Shown here: positions 1 to 13,396 of the stretch, in pieces
How positions within the stretch are numbered: position 1 is the stretch's first letter
Layout of the letters: each line of letters opens with the position of its first letter
Assembly: GCA_951406725.2 (NCBI GenBank)
Contig: OX597835.1
Location: forward strand, 47,554,001 to 47,618,000
Direction of reading: 5' to 3'
Source of the DNA: Octopus vulgaris
Lineage: Eukaryota
DNA: 64,000 bases
Translations under genes and position numbers: made by a program
Notes under the pieces: model-generated
Database searches by the model: none
Told to the model about the DNA's origin: nothing
Seen by the model: only the letters and a program-made list of their open reading frames with translations

Positions 1-14
1 ATATACACATATTC

Positions 15-121
<107 letters not shown>

Positions 122-166
122 TATATATATATATGTTTATATATATATATGTTTATATATATATAT

Positions 167-211
<45 letters not shown>

Positions 212-215
<4 letters not shown>

Positions 216-420
216 ACCGCGTGTGTGCCGTTGGCGATTTTTTTTCCTCTGTCTTCCCTTCTCTGGATCTTTCCTTTTCTTATGTTTCCGACGAAGAGCT
301 CCGCTCGAGACGTTAACCCCTCCTTCTTTCCTTCTTTCCCGAGCGTCCAATAATACTATATTTGTTCCACGTCCTCGCGTTGTTGTGTTTTTTTTTGTGC
401 TTTCATGTTTGGATTAACTA
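212..420 (+). mobile_element. ~200-bp hammerhead-carrying non-autonomous repeat (retrozyme/Penelope-like derivative), catalytic core mutated
   Basis: Same sequence as 14386-14570, 14826-15010 and 45453-45658(-); flanked by (TA)n; core reads CCGACGA...GAGAC instead of CTGACGA...GAAAC. Confidence 0.75.
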
Positions 421-512
421 TATATATATAAACATTAGGATAAAACATTAAGGTTAACGACTGTCAAACTTGGGGAATCAGAAAATCGGACATTTCATTC
501 TTAATGATCTGA

Positions 513-614
<102 letters not shown>

Positions 615-1253
615 TTTTGTATTTCCAAATTCATAGATTTTCATAATTTCAGGTGCTGCCGTTGCCATTAGAGGGCTTAGTCTTATAAGACATCCCATCT
701 TTCACTTTGCGAACTAGATAAATAGGGACCAAAATGTCGATATTATATGAAGAGTTTAGTTGGACACAGCAAGTCGTAAAGTGATTGACCAAAGAAAGAT
801 ATTAAGCGTACCATACGCGTGATACTACATAGAGAAGTATATTTCGTGAAGGTGAACATTTCGTCGGACCCATGCAACACATAACGAAACAGATATAACC
901 AATGGAAATAGCACCTTCTGAAGGATCTTCGCTTTACCCAAAGCAATGACGCTTCATGGAAATTGCAGACGTGAAACTCTTAACGAAGAATTAACAGCAG
1001 TGTCCATGTATCAATGCTTGAGAAATAAATCAGTGTCGCTAATGGCATCTGAATAAAATAGACAAATATTGTTATATCAAATGCCATACAACATAAATTC
1101 TTGATTTGTTTAAAGCATCTCCGCCACAAGAGGTTGTTGAAGAATTACCAAACTACAGTGGAGAAAAGCTAGAAGAGGAAATAACTCCAGTGGTCAAGAA
1201 TTATCCATTAATAAAAAGAATAGGTTAATTGTCTGGAGATAAGAAGACAAAGA

Positions 1254-1294
1254 CGGACGCGTTTTTCTACCTCCATAGGCGTCATCAGTACAGC
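1254..1294 (-). ncRNA. Degenerate hammerhead ribozyme motif
   Basis: Minus strand CTGATGA-C-GCCT-ATGG-AGGT-A-GAAAA-ACGCGT-C: core boxes, short stem II, palindromic stem III and GUC triplet; stem I pairs poorly. Confidence 0.45.
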
Positions 1295-1427
1295 TATTGT
1301 CCTTTGTATGTATATATGTATGTATGTAGTGGCGTAAATACAATAAGCCACTAAAAATGATAACGTGTGAAGAACGCTTAAAAGAGGAGAGAGAGAGGGA
1401 GAGAGAAAGAGAGAGAGATAGAGAGTG

Positions 1428-1463
1428 CCTTAATGTTTTGGACGTTAGTCCTTCATCAGAAGA
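1428..1463 (-). ncRNA. Degenerate minimal type I hammerhead ribozyme
   Basis: Minus strand CTT-CTGATGA-A-GGAC-TAAC-GTCC-AAAACATT-AAG: stems I and II intact; CGAAACG decayed to CAAAACA (two CpG-type transitions). Confidence 0.55.
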
Positions 1464-2275
1464 AAAATAGATAAGAGAAGTATAGGGAAATGATGAATGA
1501 GATTGTGAGTGTGGGTGTGAATACACGTGGAATGTAAATATAAGTGTGTGTATGGGGAGAGAGAGATGGAGAGAGAGAGAGAGAGAGAGAGCGAGAAATT
1601 GAGAGTAGCTAGGTAAACAGATGTACTAAAGTGATAAATATATTTAACATTATTCCAAAAAAGGTTTCCCCATATTTTCATTTGGATTCCTTGCAGTACT
1701 TAGGTAACTATAAACTTCCTAATCCATTATCAAGGATATTAAGCTTGAACATTCACATCTTGGGGATGCGGTCTGGGAGTCGGAAGGCTGAGTTCAGAGA
1801 TGTAGATGTTTCGTATAAGAGAGATATAAGGTGAATTGTGTGGCAGAGTAAGCAACAAGCAACTGAAATTATAGGCAAATTTGTTGTTGTTGTTTAGTGT
1901 TTGGTCAATCTTAGTCGATGAGGCCTTTGATGAAAGAAAAAAAAGGACAATCAAGCTTTGACCATCACGTCTATTTTTGAGGCTGTGTGTATTTAGAACG
2001 AAATTGCTAAAATATATCTTTAGCAAGAAGATATATTGCTAAATATATATCTTCTTAAGGCAGTTGTTAATGAATAGTGGAAGAATTGGCTGCTATTTCC
2101 TGCAGGTCAACAGAACTTCTGTGTGAGTTGCGGCGTACGTTGGTGACTTGAAAGCGAAATTGTTCCGGCCATATTGGGGCAAATGGCAGAGTTTAGGTCC
2201 GTAGCGACCGGTGTAAGTTTGTTACAAGATGGACCGGTGGGTGGGTTGATACTCGGGTTTGATGGCGGCATGTAG

Positions 2276-2331
<56 letters not shown>

Positions 2332-2980
2332 GTGTGTGTGTGTGCAGTGGTTAGTGTAGGCGAGTTGCAAGGTGAATTGGTGTGGCGGCGATGCTCAGGT
2401 TTGGTGGCAGAGGGAAGGAGGTGGTTAGAGACAAATGCAGGGCGTTCCGCAATGAGAATAGGCGTGGGGTGGTAGACGGTTTTGAGGCGGAGGCGGAGGC
2501 GGAGTGTAGATGTGAAGCGAGCTGGAGTGGTTTCGTGTTGATGATTTGCTAGGCGAAACCTTGGGGCGAAACGAGTTACAGGGCGACACGATCACGTGAT
2601 GCAAGAGGAACATTCAATTAAAGACTGCTGAAACAAAAAAGAGAACAAAAAAAGATTAAAAAGAAAAAAAAGAAAACGAAAAAGAAGAAATAACGTGAAC
2701 GATGTCGATTGACGATTGTTGCCTTCATTAAAAGAGAATCGTGTCAAAGATTCTTGATTCCTTGAGGAGATTAAACCAATACGAAGTTAATATGAAAATT
2801 TTGGTCTGCAAAATTCACGCCTAGTCCTCCTTCAACATTATTCAACTGACAACGGCAAGTCGGCCGTGATGGCTTCTTTCGTTTTGCCGACGGCGTTGCA
2901 TCTTCTGACGCCATGGACGCTGGAGCGCTTTTGAAAAACTTGCCTTGTTTTGTGATACTTGTAAATTATTCCGTGCGCGC

Positions 2981-3480
2981 TCGCACACACACACACACAC
3001 ACACACACGTACACGTACACACACACGCACACACACACACACACACTCATGGACGTATAAACGCACACACACATATGCACACACACACGTACACGTACAC
3101 ACACACACACACACACGCACACGCACACGCACACGTACACGCACACGCACACGCACACACACACGTACACGTACACGCACACACACACACACGTACACGT
3201 ACACGCACACGCACACACACACACACGTACGCACACACACACACACTCATGGACGTATAAACGCACACCCACACACGCACACACACACACGCACACACAC
3301 ACACACACGTACACGTACACACACGTACACACACACACACGCACACGCACACGCACACGCACACGCACACGCACACGCACACGCACACGCACACGCACAC
3401 GCACACGCACACGCACACGCACACGCACACGCACACGCACACGCACACGCACACACACACACACACACACGTACACACAC
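2981..3480. repeat. Compound (CA)n/(CACGCA)n/(CACGTA)n microsatellite with internal duplication
   Basis: Direct reading; the unit CTCATGGACGTATAAACGCACAC occurs twice (~3047, ~3246). Confidence 0.95.
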
Positions 3481-3969
3481 AAATATTGCTGTCTTATGAA
3501 ACTTTTACTTTTCTTGATGTCGTCGACGTTGTTGTTGTTGTTATCGTTGTTGTTGTTGTTGTTGTCACTCGTTGCAGCATGTTGTTGCTTGTTTGTTGTT
3601 GTTGAGGCTCGTTGGTGTAATGGTTGGGGATTGATTTAGGGGGTAAGTTAGGCCATGGGCTGTAGGGGATGCGTAAGGGGAAATTTTGCCCGGGATTTAA
3701 AGCGAGGTTTGATGATGGAAAGGAACAAGAGGTTAAATCAATGGGGGATTGAGGGGTGAGAGGTGGGAGCAAGGGTGAAAGGTGGAGGTAAAAAGTTGAG
3801 AGATAGAAGCAAAGGGCTTAGGGGTGGGGGGGGAGCAGGTTTGTAAGGGTGGAATCCACATCGAGAGGGGATGAATAAGTAGATAAATATAGAAATAAGA
3901 ATCCCAAACGCTAACGCTGACAACAACAACGACGACGACCACAGCGGCAGCAGCAGCAGCAGCAGTAGC

Positions 3970-4001
<32 letters not shown>

Positions 4002-4056
4002 TCGCAGCAGCAGAGCGGAAACTGCAACAACAACGGCGCAAACTACACCAATTAAA

Positions 4057-4113
<57 letters not shown>

Positions 4114-4500
4114 GCTGCTGCTATTGCTGCTTCTGCTGCTGCTAATACAAGTACACAGAAAAATCCCAAAGGTGAAGCTTGAGAGAGATTTTGGCTATTA
4201 TTTCTAGCATATTGTTTGTTGTACAAGAGATCAAGAAAACAGAACCAAAAATCAACTTCAATCGCAAGAACAACAAAATTAACACCGAAAACAACGACAA
4301 GAACAACAACAACAACCATATCAGCCAGAACAAGCAAGAAAGCTTCTTCATGGAAGATTTTAGTTGCTAGAAATAGCAACCAAATCTTTCTTAAATTATA
4401 ACGTTTTGAGAAATTAATGCATTCCTTGGCTGGAGTTCATTTGTTCTTGATTTTGATGCATCAGGTGTGTGTGTGTGTGTGGGGGGATTTATAGGTCTAT

Positions 4501-4542
<42 letters not shown>

Positions 4543-4644
4543 AAAGTGTGTGAAAGGAGCACCACCACCACTACCACCACCAATAACAATAACAACAACA
4601 ATTGACGTAGCAACAATATCAACAATAACAAGAGCAACTTTATT

Positions 4645-4963
4645 GGCACTCCGTCGGTTACGACGATGAGTGCTCATGCTTATCTGATCAACGGAACAGC
4701 CTGCTCATGAAATTAACATGAAAGTGGCTGAGTACTTCACAGACACTCGTACCGTTAACATAGTTCTCAGGGAGATTCAGTGTGACACAGAGTGTGACAA
4801 CGTTGCCCCCTTTTGAAATACAGGTACAACTCATTTTTGCCAGGTGTGAGTGGAGTGGAGCAATAAAGTGAAATAAAGTGTCTTGCTCAAGGACACGACG
4901 CGTCGACGGGAATCGAACTCACGATCGTCGGCAGAATGCCCTAACTACTAAGCTATCGACTTC
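4645..4963 (-). mobile_element. tRNA-derived SINE, family C
   Basis: Minus-strand tRNA-like head (GCTTAGTAGTTAGGGC...GAGTTCGATTCCC) then GTGTCCTTGAGCAAGACACTT; other copies at 34341-34657 and 46228-46510. Confidence 0.85.
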
Positions 4964-5011
4964 ACTAATAACTGTAACAAGAACAACAATAACAATGATA
5001 ATTACCATACC

Positions 5012-5245
5012 TATTTCTTTACTGCCCACAAGGGGCTAAACACAGAGGGGACAAACAAGGACAGACAAACGGATTAAGTTGATTACATCGACCCCAGTGC
5101 GTAACTGGTACTTATTTAATCGACGCCGAAAGGATGAAAGGCAAAGTCGACCTCGGCGGAATTTGAACTCAGAACGTAACGGCAGACGAAATATGGTTAC
5201 GCATTTCGCCCGGTGTGCTAACGATTCTGCCAGCTCGCCGCCTTA
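5012..5245 (-). mobile_element. tRNA-derived SINE, family A (MetaSINE-like central domain), full length with TSD
   Basis: GGCGGCGAGCTGGCAGAATCG head, B-box GAGTTCAAATTCC, central GTCGACTTTGCCTTTCATCCTTTCGG; 18-bp TSD AATGATAATTACCATACC at 4994-5011 and 5246-5263. Confidence 0.92.
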
Positions 5246-5283
5246 AATGATAATTACCATACCGGTATCATCATCATCATCAT

Positions 5284-5323
5284 GAACAACAACAACAACA
5301 ACAACAACAGCAGCAGCAGCAGC

Positions 5324-5372
<49 letters not shown>

Positions 5373-5373
5373 G

Positions 5374-5414
<41 letters not shown>

Positions 5415-5560
5415 AAATAGTAGCAAAAATATCGGCCGCAACAAAAAACAATAACAACAACTGTCACAACAAAAACATCAACAGCAGCAGCAACAACAGC
5501 AACAACAACAACAACAGCAACAACAACAGCAACAACTGTGGCAGCATGAAAATAGTCAAC
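5284..5560. repeat. (AAC)n/(AGC)n trinucleotide tract
   Basis: Direct reading. Confidence 0.95.
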
Positions 5561-6854
5561 AACAACAGTTAGAAAGTGTTACGAAAACAACAACAAAAAC
5601 AACAGCTGCAACAAAACCAAAAATTGGAAAAAAAATATTACAGCAACAACAACTACAAAGTCAGGAAGAAGAACAACAACATCAATAGTAATAAAAAAAC
5701 GACAACAACGTTATAGTTTCCACGGAATTTCCATCTTTACACCAGAGACATAATTAATTTACATATGTAATTCATATATTTAAATATTGATCAGCTTCAT
5801 TAGCATAAAGCTCACACATTTTAGCAGGGGGAGGGAGAATAATTGATTGAATCAATATCATTAATTTGACTGACTGGTTTCAGCATTCTACCTAATCCCC
5901 TTCCCCAAACCACGAGGATGAAAGACAAAAGTTAATTTCTACAAGGTACGTACAATGTAAAGGGACGTAACTCAAGATTTCTGGTGTCCTCCCTCACTTA
6001 AATATCTATTACTGGTTTCAGTTAATACACTGCGGCCATGCTGGGGCACCGCCTTGAAGAATTTCTAGCCGAATGAACCGACGCCGTTACTTATCTTTTG
6101 TTAAGCCTGGTACTTACTTCATCGATCTGTTTTGTCGAATCACCACGTTACGCGGACGCAAACAAACCAACGACAGTTGTGACCTACCTCACCTAAATAT
6201 CTGTTGCTTTATGGGTTTCAGTCAGGGGGGTGAGGCCATATTGGGCGCCATCCTTAACAGGAAGAGGGGGTTAAATGAATTTCATGGATCGTAGTACTTT
6301 TATAGCCTTTTTTTTACTTATTGTATCGTTCCTGTTTATCGAATGGTTAAGTGAAGTCGGTTGATTGTTTTGGTAAGGAGGCATACATTGATACACTGAT
6401 GTTTTTCAACGCTACATACATATGTATGATGATGATGAGGAGGAGGATGAGGAGAAGGAGGAGGAGGAGGAGGGGACAAGAATGAGGATGAGGACGATGG
6501 TAGTCTTCTGCAGTCCGAGGAAGGTCTTGCAATTTCTTGCTGAGCAACCTGCACAAAAGATTCGTTTATAGTGATCAAATGTATGGGCAGTACATTAGCT
6601 CACTCTCTTTCTCTCCATGAAATCGACGCAGTCTGAACAGGTCACGTGACGAAGCGATAACAAAAGATCGTGAGATGAAGCGTTTTGCTCGAGAACACAA
6701 ACGCACCACCCGGCCTAGGGATGGAAACCTTGATCGCACGACCGTTAGTGAGACACTCGAACCACTAGGCCAGGCGCCCTCACAACAAACCTATACAGAC
6801 ACACAGACACGTGATGCTTACCTGGGTATATAGGTATATCTTTTATCTGTTATC

Positions 6855-7080
6855 TTTTCTTTTTCAGTCATTAGACTGCGGCCATGCTGGGGCACCGCCT
6901 TCACGAACTTTGGTCGATTGAATCGACCCCAGCACCTTTTTTCATCAAAGCCTGGTACTCATTTAATCGGTCGCTTTTGTTGAACTTTTAAGTTACCGGG
7001 CGTAAGCACACCAACACCGGTTATCAAGCTGTAGTGGGGAACAAACCTAGACACAAAGACACACACTCAGATATGTGTGT
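6855..7080 (-). mobile_element. SINE family B, 3' half
   Basis: Reverse complement of GGCGGTGCCCCAGCATGGCCGCAGTC tail shared with 8826-9168 and 19192-19548. Confidence 0.8.
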
Positions 7081-7099
7081 GTGTGTGTGTGCGTACGTA

Positions 7100-7294
7100 C
7101 CCGAGTATGTGTCTTTGCGTCTGTGCGTGTTCCCCAGTACTGCTTGACAACTGTTGTTGGTGTGTTTACGTCCCCGTAACGTGGTGGTTCAGCAAGACTG
7201 ATCGATAGAATAAGCACGAGGACTTACAAAAGATAAGTAATGGCGGCAATTCATTCGGGTGGGAATTCTTCACGGCGGTGCCCCAGCATGTGGC
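7100..7294 (+). mobile_element. SINE family B, 3' half, interrupted by an RTE fragment
   Basis: GCTTGACAAC...GTTTACGTCCCCGTAAC...GGCGGTGCCCCAGCATG. Confidence 0.8.
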
Positions 7295-7297
7295 ACT

Positions 7298-7632
7298 TGA
7301 CGCAACAACAACATCATTCCACCTTCTAACACTGAAAGCATCCTTGACAGCTTCTTCCATTGTTAACCCTCTCCTCTTAAGATCTTCTGTTATTGCTCTC
7401 AGTAACGTTTCCTTTGGTCGGCCACTTCTTCTTTTACCTTGAGGAACCCATTGCAAAGCGATCCTGACAATTGATTTCGGTTTGTAGCCATTTCCATCCC
7501 CTTGCTTGAATAGTTTCTCTTACCGGTTTCACGTTAGCCTTGATTGGTTAGTCGAGAGACATTTACTTTGAAACACCTCTAATTTCTTTTCAATACTTTT
7601 GGTTGTTTTCCAAACATTCGGATCCACGGAAG
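7298..7632 (-). mobile_element. RTE-clade LINE 3' fragment (pseudogenised ORF2)
   Basis: Translations VWKTTKSIEKKLEVFQSKCL and QWVPQGKRRSGRPKETLLRAITEDLK are typical of the RTE C-terminus. Confidence 0.75.
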
Positions 7633-7667
7633 ACGTATATATACATATATATATATGTATATATATG

Positions 7668-7900
7668 GGCGACGAGCTGGCGGAAACGTTAGCACGCTGG
7701 GCGAAATGCTTCGCGGTATTTCGTCTGTCGTTACGTTGTGAGTTCAAATTCCGCCGAGGTCGACTTTGCCTTTCATCCTTTCGGGGTCGATAAATTAAGT
7801 ACCAGTTACGCACTGGGGTCAATGTAATCGACTTAATACCTATGTCTGTCCTTGTTTGTCCCCTCTATGTTTAGCCCCTTGTGGGTAATAAAGAAATAGG
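7668..7900 (+). mobile_element. SINE family A, full length
   Basis: Near-identical to 5012-5245. Confidence 0.92.
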
Positions 7901-8400
7901 TATATATACATATTACCAAAGAGTATCAAAGGTTCTTCCCGATCTACAGGCACATAAAGCCTTTAATCCTGGATTCTGTACCGTATATATCCAATTTCTT
8001 TGGATGAGACGCCGGTCTGTCTGAGGATTATTCATTTTTTCCGGCTGAGTGGACTGGTGCAACGTGAAATGAAATATCTTGCTCAAGAACACAACCCGTC
8101 GTCCGGTCCAGGAATCGTTTCCAAAATTTCGCGATTGTCAGTGAAACACCTTAACCACCAAGACACGCACTTTAGCACGCACATACATATATATGTAGAC
8201 ACCCCCACACACACCCACACATTTATAAATGTGTGTGTACGTGTGCATGCGCTGTGTTTGTGTTTATGTGCATATGTATAAATATGCTGTCATATATAAA
8301 TACATACACACACAACCACAACACACACACACACACGTTAGGTTCGTTTATGATTTGCACACACATTGGCACTAAGAGGCCCCTTAACTACTACTACTAT

Positions 8401-8432
<32 letters not shown>

Positions 8433-8825
8433 TTAGAGTTTGAAAATGGTTGTATTGATACTACTAGTATTCAAGAATGATCGCAGTTCTCAGGATCTGT
8501 TACAACGCCTCTAAGAATGGTGGAAGTGGGGAAGGATGGTATACTCAAACCGAAAAGCCTGGACCTAATACTTGCAAAAGAATCAACTCCAGGGGACGCG
8601 CTGATTAAACTGGGCGACGGGTTGAGTTCTCTACCTGAGTAGTCTATGGCAGGATTTGAATTCAGAGACGCAAGCACTGCAAGAAATCCTGCCAGACATT
8701 CTTACAGGGCCACCAATCTATCGCCCTAGATTGGTACCGTTTTAAGCCATTTTCTTTCTGTTTACCAATCAAAAAAAAAAAAAAAAAAAGAGAGAAATAA
8801 AAAGAAAGAAAAGAAATTAAAAAAA

Positions 8826-8962
8826 GTTGTGGCTGTGTGGTAAGAAGTTTGCTTCTCAATCTCAGGATTCTTGGTTCAGTCCCACTGCGTGGTACCTTCG
8901 GCAAGTGTCTCGTGGCCGACCAACGCCTTGTGAGTGGATTTGGCAGACAGAAACTGAAAGAA

Positions 8963-8996
<34 letters not shown>

Positions 8997-9168
8997 GTGT
9001 GCGTGTGTGCATGTTTTTGTGTCTATGTTTGTCCCCCATCACTACTTGATAACCGGTGCTGGCGTGTTTACTCCCCTGTAAATTAGCGGGTTGATTTGTT
9101 CGTGTAAAGTTCTTCAAGGGTTACTCCAGCATAGCCGCAGTCGAGTGACTGAAACAAGCAAAAGATGA
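8826..9168 (+). mobile_element. tRNA-derived SINE, family B (CORE-like box, internal microsatellite)
   Basis: GTGGCTGTGTGGTAAG A-box, GGTTCAGTCCCACTGCG B-box, CCTTCGGCAAGTGTC, internal (TA)n, tail CCAGCATAGCCGCAGTC...GACTGAAACAAG. Confidence 0.85.
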
Positions 9169-10099
9169 AATTTCCATCACGAAATTATGAAATGACAAAA
9201 TTTGACTTTGCTGGGATTTGAACGCAGAGCGCACAATGGCTGAAGAAAACTGCGACGCATTCTTTGCAACATTGTGACCACTTTGCCAATTCGCTGCCTG
9301 TTATTGTTTGTGTTGTTGTTATTGTGGTCGTCGTGTTGTTGTTGTTGCGGCAGTTGCTGCCGTTGTTATTGTTGGTTCTACAATCGTTTCCTTTTACTTT
9401 TTTTTTTTTCACATTTATATTTATCTTATTCGGTTAATTAATATTTTCCCCCAGATTAGAATTAAAAAAACAAACAAAAACAAAAGCTAACAACAGCGTC
9501 AATGACAGCAAAAACGACGCCACTCTCTTGGACACTCCCCACCACCACCACCACTTCCACCACCACCACCACCACCACCACCACCACTGTTGCAATTACA
9601 AAATAAATAAATAAATAAATAAGAATAACAGGAAATGATTGAAACGACAAATCGTAAAATTTGTCTATTTTGAAATCTGGTGTTTGTGTTAAACCATTAT
9701 CTAAATTCTATGACAATGATGCCAAAATTATTCTGGTGTGGAGGATGGGTGGGTTGTAAAGCGAAGCGTAGGTGGAGGTTGCAAGTGACGGTGGTAGTAG
9801 TAGTGATGGTACTACTACTACTACTACTACTAGTGCTGCTGCTGCTGCTGCTGCTAGTAGTAGTAGTAGTGGTGGTGGCAGTAGCAGCCGCGGCAGTAGC
9901 ATTAGCCAATAACAACGGCAGTAGCAGAAGAACCGATGGCCGTATTGATAGTGGTGGTCGTGGAAGGAAATCTATCAAAATAAATAATTCATTTCTGTTT
10001 GGCCTATTTAAAAAAAAAACAGCAACAAGAAAAACGAAAGCAAAAAAAAAAAAAAAAGAAAAAAACACAATAAAATGAAATAATAAACACAAACCAAAC

Positions 10100-10360
10100 A
10101 AGAATAGTTAATGAAATCCGTTTTTAAAAGCCCTCGCTAATTGCACAGCCTCTTATGCAGCCCAGTTTTCACTGATGTGATTGAATTATTCGCAATAAAA
10201 ATTTCCGAGTATTAATGGCGGCAACTGAAATTCACGAACGTCATATATTTTCCTGCGCCATTAAATGTGAAAAGCAAAAATTAGGCAGCCATTGCCGTAA
10301 GGGTATTTTTGATTGTGTTAAGAATAATTAAAAGTCATTATACGATTTTTAATATTTATA
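10100..10360. promoter_or_regulatory. Candidate conserved non-coding/enhancer island
   Basis: Non-repetitive island with clustered TAAT/ATTA homeodomain-type cores, including inverted TTAATGGCG / CGCCATTAA. Confidence 0.25.
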
Positions 10361-10384
10361 TGCGCATATATAAATATCTATGCA

Positions 10385-10420
<36 letters not shown>

Positions 10421-10500
10421 CGTACGTCTCTCTATGTGCATATGCAGGTCTGTATGTATGTGAACTTATGTATCTGAGTGCATATATGTAAATGTATGCG

Positions 10501-10572
<72 letters not shown>

Positions 10573-10917
10573 ACATATGTATGTGTGTGTATATATATAT
10601 GTATGTGAATATATATATACACATATATGTATGTATGTATGTATGTATATATATATACATACATATACATAATAATATGATGAATATCTAAGCCTGTATG
10701 TATATTTACAGTTACTATGCGTGTGTATACGTTTATAAGTTTGTACACGGTCAGTATATTGCATGGATATATAATAATGAAGACATCGAGCCTCGTGTAC
10801 ATGCATGTAGGAGTCTTGTGTGTATGTATGTGTGTGCATGTGTGTGTATGGGTGTGTGGGCGTTTGCATGCGCGTGTGCAGTTATACTACTTACAGACGT
10901 CATCGTATTATGAAAAG

Positions 10918-10985
<68 letters not shown>

Positions 10986-11724
10986 ATTAATATATATCCA
11001 TACATAGATATTACAAACATACATACAACCAGGCCCATATCTATGTATGTGTTATATATACATATAATCTTTCTCTTTCTATATACATATGTATATATGT
11101 ATGTGCATATGTATGTATGTATGTATGTATGTAAATATATATATATATGTATACATGTATGTATACATATATATGTACAGACATGCATATATATTATATA
11201 TACATGTGTGTGTGTGTTGTTATAAAGATAGATAGATAGATAGATAGATATAAACACTCATTCAGACACACAAAATCATATGTATGCTCAAGCATGAAGA
11301 AAGCAATTATAAACAGAAGCTTCACTACACACGTAATGAGGGTACTAATTGCGTTATGTATTAATTATATTACGAGTTAATTTAAAGCGAAACAGGTCAA
11401 TAAACAGAGGCGCACCCAAGAGGTTTTCCCACAATGTCCATCTTTTGTGGCATTGTGGTAAAACGCTTACTTCCCAACCACATGGTTCCAGGTTCAGTCC
11501 CTTAAGCTACCCCCTTATATCTTAAAATTATCCTGCACCGGGTACACCACAAATGAAATATAAAACGATGGGTTGATCTTGTCTGAGATACATCTGAACA
11601 TCGATTTGTTTCGATGAGGGGTTATATGGATATAAACACTAAGTTAAACAAAAACATGAATAGTAATGTTTCAAGCTGTCATGCAAGGCCTGCAGTTATA
11701 GGGGTTGCGGGGCTAGGGGAGGGG

Positions 11725-12210
11725 TTAGTCGATTACATCGATCCCAGTACGCAACTGGTACTTATTTTTTGACCTCGAAAAGGTGAAAGGCTAAGTCGAT
11801 ATCCGCGGCAATGAAACTTAATTACACATATAAATATTCTTTTCTACTCTAGGCACAGGGCTCAAAATTTTGGGGGAGGAGGACCAGTCGATTAGATCGA
11901 TCCCAATACGTAACCGGTACTTAATTTATCGACCCAGAAAGGATGAAAGGCAAAGTCGACCTCGGCAGAATTTGAACTCAGAACGTAAAGACAGACGAAA
12001 TACCGATAAGCATTTCACCCGGTGTGCTAACGTTTCTGCCAGCTCGCCGCCTTAAAATCATTGTAATAATCTTCTCTTCTCTAGGCACAAGGCCTGAAAT
12101 TTATGAGGAGGGACGCAGTTGATTAGATCGACCACAGTACATAACTGGTACTTAATTTATCAACCCCGAAAGGATGAAAGGTAAAGTCGACCTCGGCGGA
12201 ATTTGAACTG
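11725..12210 (-). mobile_element. Cluster of three family A SINE copies (full copy at 11838-12051)
   Basis: Repeated GATGAAAGGCAAAGTCGACCTCGGC domain. Confidence 0.88.
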
Positions 12211-12213
12211 CGT

Positions 12214-12338
12214 AGCTTCTTAGGCAAGTGTCGACCAAAACTTTGTCAGTGGATTTGGTAGACGGAAACTGGAAGAAGCCCTCCTATGTGTGTGTGAGTG
12301 TGCGTGCGTATGTACACACACATACAAACACACACGCA

Positions 12339-12373
<35 letters not shown>

Positions 12374-12540
12374 TTACGTCCATGTAACTTAGCGGTTCGG
12401 CAGAAGAGACTGACAGGAGAACTACTACGCTTAAAAAGTACTGAGATCGATGTTTTCGACTTAACTCTCCAAGGCGGTGCCCCAGCATGGCCGCTGCCTT
12501 ATGAGTGCAACAACCAAAAGATAAAGAAAAAATAAAAGAT
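12214..12540 (+). mobile_element. SINE family B, 5' truncated
   Basis: GTGGATTTGGTAGACGGAAACTG...AAGGCGGTGCCCCAGCATGGCCGC. Confidence 0.82.
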
Positions 12541-13352
12541 AATATATGATTATACGATTCGTAAAAACATTTTAATAACGTAATATTTAACATAATATAT
12601 GATTATGCTATTTTGCCGTCATTTTTAAAACAATACATTAATGATATGATAATTAACACAATTTATTAACGCTATTTCTAAAAAAAAAAACAATCTCTTA
12701 ATAATATAATATTTCACATAATACAACAATGTAATATTGTATCAAACATAAATTATGAATTTAATCTATTTAACATAACAAAATTATTGGCACAATAGGC
12801 AATAATTAAAACGATAATTGCAATAATATTGTAATTATAAAGACACATAAACACACGGACGATTTTTGAAATTTGAATAGCGTAAAATGGAATAAAATGA
12901 GATTTAACAGCTATTTCTAGTAGATCGATTGTCCGTGTAGAAGCTTCCTCTTTGGTTGGATTAGAATTACTGTCATTGGTGCATGATGGTCATGTTTAGA
13001 ACGTCTTTGAGTCTGTTCAGTTAGGGTTGCCTGGGCACTATGTTGACTGCACATTACCATATAGAAAGGCGCTTTTGATACTCAGCTCATTAGACTCCGA
13101 GTAATTACAATTACGCAGCAAATATTAATTAATCGAATTAATGTGTATAACAACGGTGAGACCTCACACAGTGTTTGTAATGATGCGTAGACACAAGTCG
13201 TGTCGTATGGGAAAGGAAGCCGGGAGCACGTGAGTCAGTGGGTGTGTGTTTTTTGAAAGACGAACGTGAAGAAGAAGAAGAGGAAGAAGAAGAAGAAACT
13301 GAAAAGAAGGGAGAAAGAGAAAAAAGAAGAATGGGAAGAGGAGGAGGAGAAG

Positions 13353-13396
<44 letters not shown>

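Noticed and set aside
620-1230. Coding-looking stretch (LDLFKASPPQEVVEELPNY...)
   Set aside because: Multiple stops and no recognisable homology; probably a decayed TE
5012-5245. tRNA gene suggested by A/B boxes
   Set aside because: Head of a multi-copy SINE with TSD; no cloverleaf
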